This document shows, piece after piece, positions 58,581 to 64,000 of a stretch of DNA of 64,000 nt. Made by a program: the position numbers and the translations under genes. This DNA is from Azolla caroliniana (lineage: Eukaryota > Plantae > Polypodiophyta). The stretch spans positions 21,638,001 to 21,702,000 of the forward strand of contig JBHGNT010000006.1 of NCBI GenBank assembly GCA_043228905.1. The letters are read 5' to 3'. How positions within the stretch are numbered: the first letter of the stretch is position 1; the number at the start of each line of letters is the position of its first letter. The notes under the pieces were generated by a model. It saw only the letters and a list, made by a program, of their open reading frames with translations. It did no database searches and was not told the DNA's origin.

Positions 58581-58581
58581 A

Positions 58582-59280
58582 GTGCAAACCATCAAACCTC
58601 ATCATTACCCTATGCTCACGTATAGAGGAGAACATATACAATTTGTTCGAAGCTTTAAATATCTTGGTATTGACGTACCCGCCACAAATAAATGGAGTGC
58701 ATGCTTTGATTCTAGGCTCCAAGCCGGTTGGAAATCGTATTACCTTTTGGAGAACCAATGCAACCAAAGTGATACTTGTGGATGGGAAGTAAAACTAATG
58801 TTGGCCAATGCCATGGTAACTCAAGTATTGCTTTATGGAGTAGATGTATGGGGTGGCACCATCTCTCTTAATGCATGGAATGAGATTGAGAAAATTCAAA
58901 AGATGTTTTTAAGGAGGCAATTAGGAGTTAAATGCACTACCTCTTACCAAATTATGCTCTTGGAAACATGTGTTCGAGTATATAAATACTTTACAAAAGT
59001 CAAGAATATGATGAATCATCGATTGTAACCACATCTTGCTTGGAATGTTGGATGTAAGCTACAAAAGAATCATAAAAGTAAGATTCTCTCATCCGGTTGG
59101 GTTGTTGACGTAAGGAAATGGTTTAGAAGATGGGATGTGGATGATCTTTTAGAGCTTTCGGGCAATGCTATGCAGTATGTAATGATTGAGGAAAGATTGG
59201 TGGAATCATTAAGGATGAAGTGGGAAGATGCTAAGAGGACAAAGCTAGAATACTACATTGCAAATGTCAACCCTAAATGT
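58582..59280 (+). mobile_element. RTE-like LINE RT C-terminal half
   Basis: IQFVRSFKYLGI, VTQVLLYGVDVW, EKIQKMFLRRQLGV, IMLLET. This continues 46755-47294. Confidence 0.8.
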
Positions 59281-59309
59281 TGGTCTCGGTAAACAATCGG
59301 ATGGATTCT

Positions 59310-59326
59310 GTGCAGTGGAAGAATTG

Positions 59327-59376
<50 letters not shown>

Positions 59377-62116
59377 TTACGATTACAGAAAATTAGAAAA
59401 CTGTATTACAAAGAAAGCAAGAACAACCAACTACTACAACGAGAGGGAGAAGGTGCTTATGTAGTCACCTTCTCTCTAAGTTCTCTCACTAGTACAGCCT
59501 CTTGGGAAAGAGGTTGTGTCTTAACTACCCAAGGAATGTGTCATAAGACATTAACTTCTATGACACACTATCTACTATACAAGGAGGTGGGGTGTTGACA
59601 CATTTGAGTATCCTAGAGTGTGTTCCCACTCACGGGATTTGAGTTTGATTCTCAACACGCCCCTTCAAACACAACTTCCCAATGGTTGGTTCGGATTGGT
59701 CTTCGGGTCGTCACGAATACGGTGACTTGGCTTTGGCTTCAAATGGTCGGTTGTAGTCCTACCGTTCCCCCTCAAGTTCAGTTGGTCGATGGTCAAAAGA
59801 CCCAGGTTGGTCGAGAACTGCCACAACTTGTCAACTCCCAGGGCCTTGGTGAAGATGTCGTCTATCTACAGGTTTGTACTGATGTATTGTAGGTCGACCT
59901 CCCCGGCCAGAGCACGCTCTCGGATGAAGTGATAGTGCACTTCAATGTGCTTAGTTAGAGAATGGAAGACTAGGTTCCGAGTGAGGTCACTACTGCTCAT
60001 GTTGTCGAAGTAGAGGAGAATTGGATCCTTGATGGGAATGCCTAGATCCTTCAAGATTCTCTTGAGCCAAACGGCTTTGCATGCGACTATGGGTGCGCCC
60101 CTGTATTCGGCTGCAGTGTTCGACAATGCCACCGTTGGTTGTTTCTTACTACTCCACGATATGGTACCACTGTCAAGATAAAAGACAAATCTGGATGGAT
60201 GTCAATCGTCGGTCGGCTCTGTAGTCGGCCCAATCGGCATCGGTATAACCTTCGAGTCGTATTAGTGTGGTCGATTTGTAAAGGATGTCAAAATCCATGG
60301 TTCCACTCACATACCTTAGCACTCGCTTAGCACAGTCGAGATGAATGTGTCACGGAGTTTGCATAAACTGGCTGAGGCCGACTGGGTATCTCAGGTCGGG
60401 TTGGGTAATTGTGAGGTAGATGAAGCTTCCGACTAGTTGACGATAATGCGTCGGCTCACACTCTCTAGTGCCTAAGTCGATATCTAGCTTTAGATTTTGA
60501 TCAAGAGGAGTAGTGACAGGCTTACACTGTGTCATCCCAAACTTGTAAAGAAGATTGAGGATATAGTGCTTTTGAGAGCGCATGATGTCATCTGGAGTCC
60601 GAATTACTTCTATTCCTAGAAATTAATGGAGCTCCTTCATATCAGTCATTTCGAATCAGCTGGAGAGGAGCTTCTTGATGTGCTCAATATCCGCTAAATG
60701 CTCTCCTTCTATGACCAAATCATCCACATAAATGATGATAAGTACCTGTCCTCTGGAGTCGCTCCAGATGAATAGAGAGTTGTCGGACTTGGACATGTTG
60801 AAGCCGACTTGATGAACATATTGCGTTATCTTCGAATGACATGCTCTTGGCGCCTACTTCAAGCTGTAGAGAGGCTTTTTGAGTCAGCAGACATCAATAG
60901 GATGCGCAGTCGACACGAATCCGAGTGGTTGCACCATGTACACCTCTTCTTTTAGCTCGCCTTGCAGAAATGCGTTCTTTACATCCATTTGGTGGAGGTG
61001 CCACCCTTTTGCTGCTACAAGCGCGATCATGGTTCATATTGTAGTCAACTTTGCCACAAGGGCAAAGGTCTCCATTTTGCTGAGGTGTGTGTTGGCAGGT
61101 AAACTCCCGCTGATTCCTTCTTGTCGAAGATATGTTGTAAAGGCGTCGGCGATGGAAGGCATCGGACATGCCGACCGGTTGCCTTTTCAACTTTGTTTTT
61201 GAACCTTCGAAAGTGTACGAACACTTCGTTTTTCTACCACATGGGGTAGATCCAGGTATGTCTAGAAGTCGTCAATGAACGTTACATAGTATCGGCAACC
61301 ACCGAATGTTTTCATCTGGGTTGGTCCCCATACATCTGAATGTATTACATCCAGGATTCCTTTGCTTGTGTTCCTCTCCTTTGGGAACGGTTGTCAGTGT
61401 TGTTTGCCGAATTAACAAGCTTCGCACACACCTGCAATTTCCTTTTTCGTGAAGGTCAGGAGTGCAGTGACAACTCCTTTTGACTGCATTCCCTTGAGCT
61501 TTTGGAAATTGATATGGCCTATCCTCTTGTGCCACAACTCTATGTCGGTGTCGGCTCTCTGGCCCTTGGCATACATTGCCAAGTTCATCTTGTGAGAGTC
61601 GAGGGTGAACATCCGCCCTTCTGTTCGACACCTAACGATGAGTCGGCCTTCTTTTTCAATGAAGAGTCCTCCATTGTTGAAGCGGGCTTGCATGCCTTGT
61701 TCGACTATCTGGCCAACTGAGACCAGGTTCTTTGCTATTGTAGGAACATGCAAAAATTTATTGATGTATGTTTGGTTGCCTTCTTCCCCAAATGGGACGT
61801 TACCGATATGTTGAATGGGGTGAATTGTGTCATCCCCAGTTTCCACATAGCCAGGTCGTTCGGGTTTTCATAGCTCCTTGAACCAATCCTCGTGGGATGT
61901 CATGTGGTTCGATGCACCCGACTCGGCAAACCATACATCTTCTGGTTTGGAGGTGTTGGTCGGGTCTGAGGCTGTCATCGAGTGCGTTCTGTGCCTCATC
62001 AAAAACATTTCGCCATGATTACTGTAGTCAGAGTTGGAGGCATAGTTTGTGAGTTGTCAGCTTGTGGAGGCCACTCACTCTTCTTTTTCCGACACTCTAC
62101 CTCACAGTGGCCGAAT
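59310..62116 (-). mobile_element. Degenerate, internally deleted Copia element C (3' LTR ~59310-59657)
   Basis: ESGASNHM protease, [44 protein letters not shown]. The integrase core is missing near 61080-61260. Confidence 0.8.
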
Positions 62117-62208
62117 TGTTGGGAAATCAGTCTCTCCGAATGGGATCCGGTGAGAACCGGAAGAGATCCGGAAACCGGAGGAGACCTGGTGAGAACTAGA
62201 AGAGAAGA
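62117..62208 (+). mobile_element. Start (U3) of a Tork-like LTR, interrupted by the next element
   Basis: TGTTGGGAAATCAGTCTCTCCGAATGGGA resembles the 5' termini of the LTRs ending at 34240 and 45578. Confidence 0.5.
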
Positions 62209-64000
62209 TGTTAAGTAATTAGGTAATTAACTAGGGTTAATTAGAGACTAATTATATGGTTACGTTAAGCAGCGGAAGATTAGTATGATATGCGCGTGAG
62301 AGTGTGTGAGAGGAAGAGAGAGAGAGAGGAAGTTACACTTGAACACAAAGATAAATGAGGGATGATTGACTATATTGAAAAGTGTCATCAACATACAAAA
62401 ATACCCACAATGAGGTATATATACAACCCATGTGCAAAGGTGCACACGTGTGGGTAGAACATAGGTACTTATGTGTAAGTCCTACATTAAATGTACTAAG
62501 GAGTGGAGGATCTAGAATATCCCACTTAAGTATAAGGTCCTATTTAAAGGCTTAAGGTCAACACATTAACTAGATTCAATCTAGGTAACTACTAAGTTAC
62601 ATGTGTTGACTAACTAGATTAAACTAGTTGAGCTTGATATCTCAACACGCCCCCTCAAGCTCAAGTGTGAGGCGTCCAATGTCCGGTTTAGCTTCCTTCG
62701 CATTCGTCGGCATCGGTACGGCTTGCGGCTTTCTTTGCAGCGTTGCGCGGCTCTCCGCGGCTTTGTTGCGCGGCTTTCTTCGCGGCTTCGCGGCTTCGTT
62801 GCGCAGTTCTCCGCGGCTTTGTTCTCCCCCTCAAGCCTGTGACGAAGGCTTGGATCCTCGGGCTCTTGTTCGGCCACTACCTTCATCGCGAGGGCATAGT
62901 GATGGGCCATATACTCGTTGTAGGCGTAACGAGTGACTTGGGTCTTCGCTCGTGATGAGCGGCAGAGTTTCTCGTTTGTTGATGTGAGCGCCTTCTTTAC
63001 TCCAGGTGTCCTCATGATGGGTACACCGAACTCACTGTCTAGTGAGCGAGCTGAATCATCCGAATCACGATCGTCGGGGTGGACCTCGACTTCGTATTCG
63101 GGCATCTTACCTTTGCCTTTGTCTAGTGTCGGACTTGTCCGCGATGTGCTTTCATCGCGTGGAGGCTCTTGTGGGCCAATTAGCTCGGTAGAGCTTGGAT
63201 TGTCCTTCGGTGGAGGACTTGGCCGAGTTTCATCGTCTGAGTTGGCGTTCAACTCTTCCTCGATCGGGTTGGATGGAGTCGCATCGGGCTTATAACAAGA
63301 TGCCGATTCGTCGAAAACGACGTCGCGACTTATCCGCACCGCTCGGATCGAAGGGTTGAAGCACTTGTACACCTTTTTCTCGGACAAGTATCCTATGAGG
63401 ATACATTCTTCCGACTTCGCGTCGGGCTTCTCTCAACTTTCGTTCGGGATGCGTACATTCGCAATGCTTCCGAACACCTTGAGGTGCGAGAGGATGGGCT
63501 TTCTTCCAACGAAGATCTCGTATGGAGTAAGCTTGTGCACGCTATTTGTGGTGCATCGATTCATGAGATAGACGGCCATGGATGCCGCTTCCGCCCAATA
63601 GAAGTTCGGCATGTGTTTCTCACGCATCATGGCGCGTGCTACCTCGAGTATTTGCCGATTCTTTCTCTCGGCTACTCCGTTTTGTTGGGGAGTGTGTTGG
63701 CATGAGAATTCTCTATGAATGCCTTCACCTTGGAGGTAGGAGGTGAACTCGTCGGAGAAGTACTCCTTTCCTCCGTCCGATCATAGGCATCGAATGTGCC
63801 GACCGGTTTCTTTCTCCACTTGGCTTTTGAGCCTTTGAAAGTGGGAGAGCACTTCGATCTTCTTCTTCATCGGGTATATCCACGCGTAGCGCGAGTGGTC
63901 GTCGATGAAGGTGACGTAGTAGTGGCATCCGCCGAGCGTCGGCGTTTGAGTCGATCCCCATACATCCGAGTGTATGACGTCGAGGAGGCCTTTGCTTGCG
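62209..64000 (-). mobile_element. Copia element D: 3' LTR 62209-62647, RT/RH deleted, integrase running off the window
   Basis: PPT TTGAGGGGGCG next to TGTTGAGA. IN motifs HSDVWG, FIDD, YWAEAA, SRDVVFDE. The IN-RT linker (EYMAHHYA..EQEPE) is joined directly to the 3' tail. Confidence 0.8.

Overview
This is land-plant nuclear DNA, probably a large-genome non-seed plant such as a fern (inferred from the TE families and a PLS/E-class PPR relic). Two intact, convergent, spliced host genes lie at 6.9-13.5 kb: a DedA/VTT-domain (TMEM41/TVP38-like) membrane protein on + and a BTB/POZ protein on -. Nearly all the rest is nested transposons. The main nest is a LINE relic split by a Ty1/Copia element (14651-38400). 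That element carries a hAT MITE, an intact 4.2-kb hAT element, and a very young Tork/Tnt1-like Copia element on the - strand (21403-34240). This last element is the most unusual object. Between its 5' LTR and its intact gag-pol lie four extra head-to-tail 1852-bp cassettes (LTR-PBS-open gag+protease ORF), whose protease region comes from a diverged sister haplotype. Other notable signals are a covarying stem-loop enclosing the PPT in three Copia LTR types, a chromovirus with an apparent Tf1-like self-priming PBS and a -1 frameshift signal, and a duplicated 'poison' splice acceptor in the BTB gene. All calls come from reading the sequence by eye; no database searches were run.
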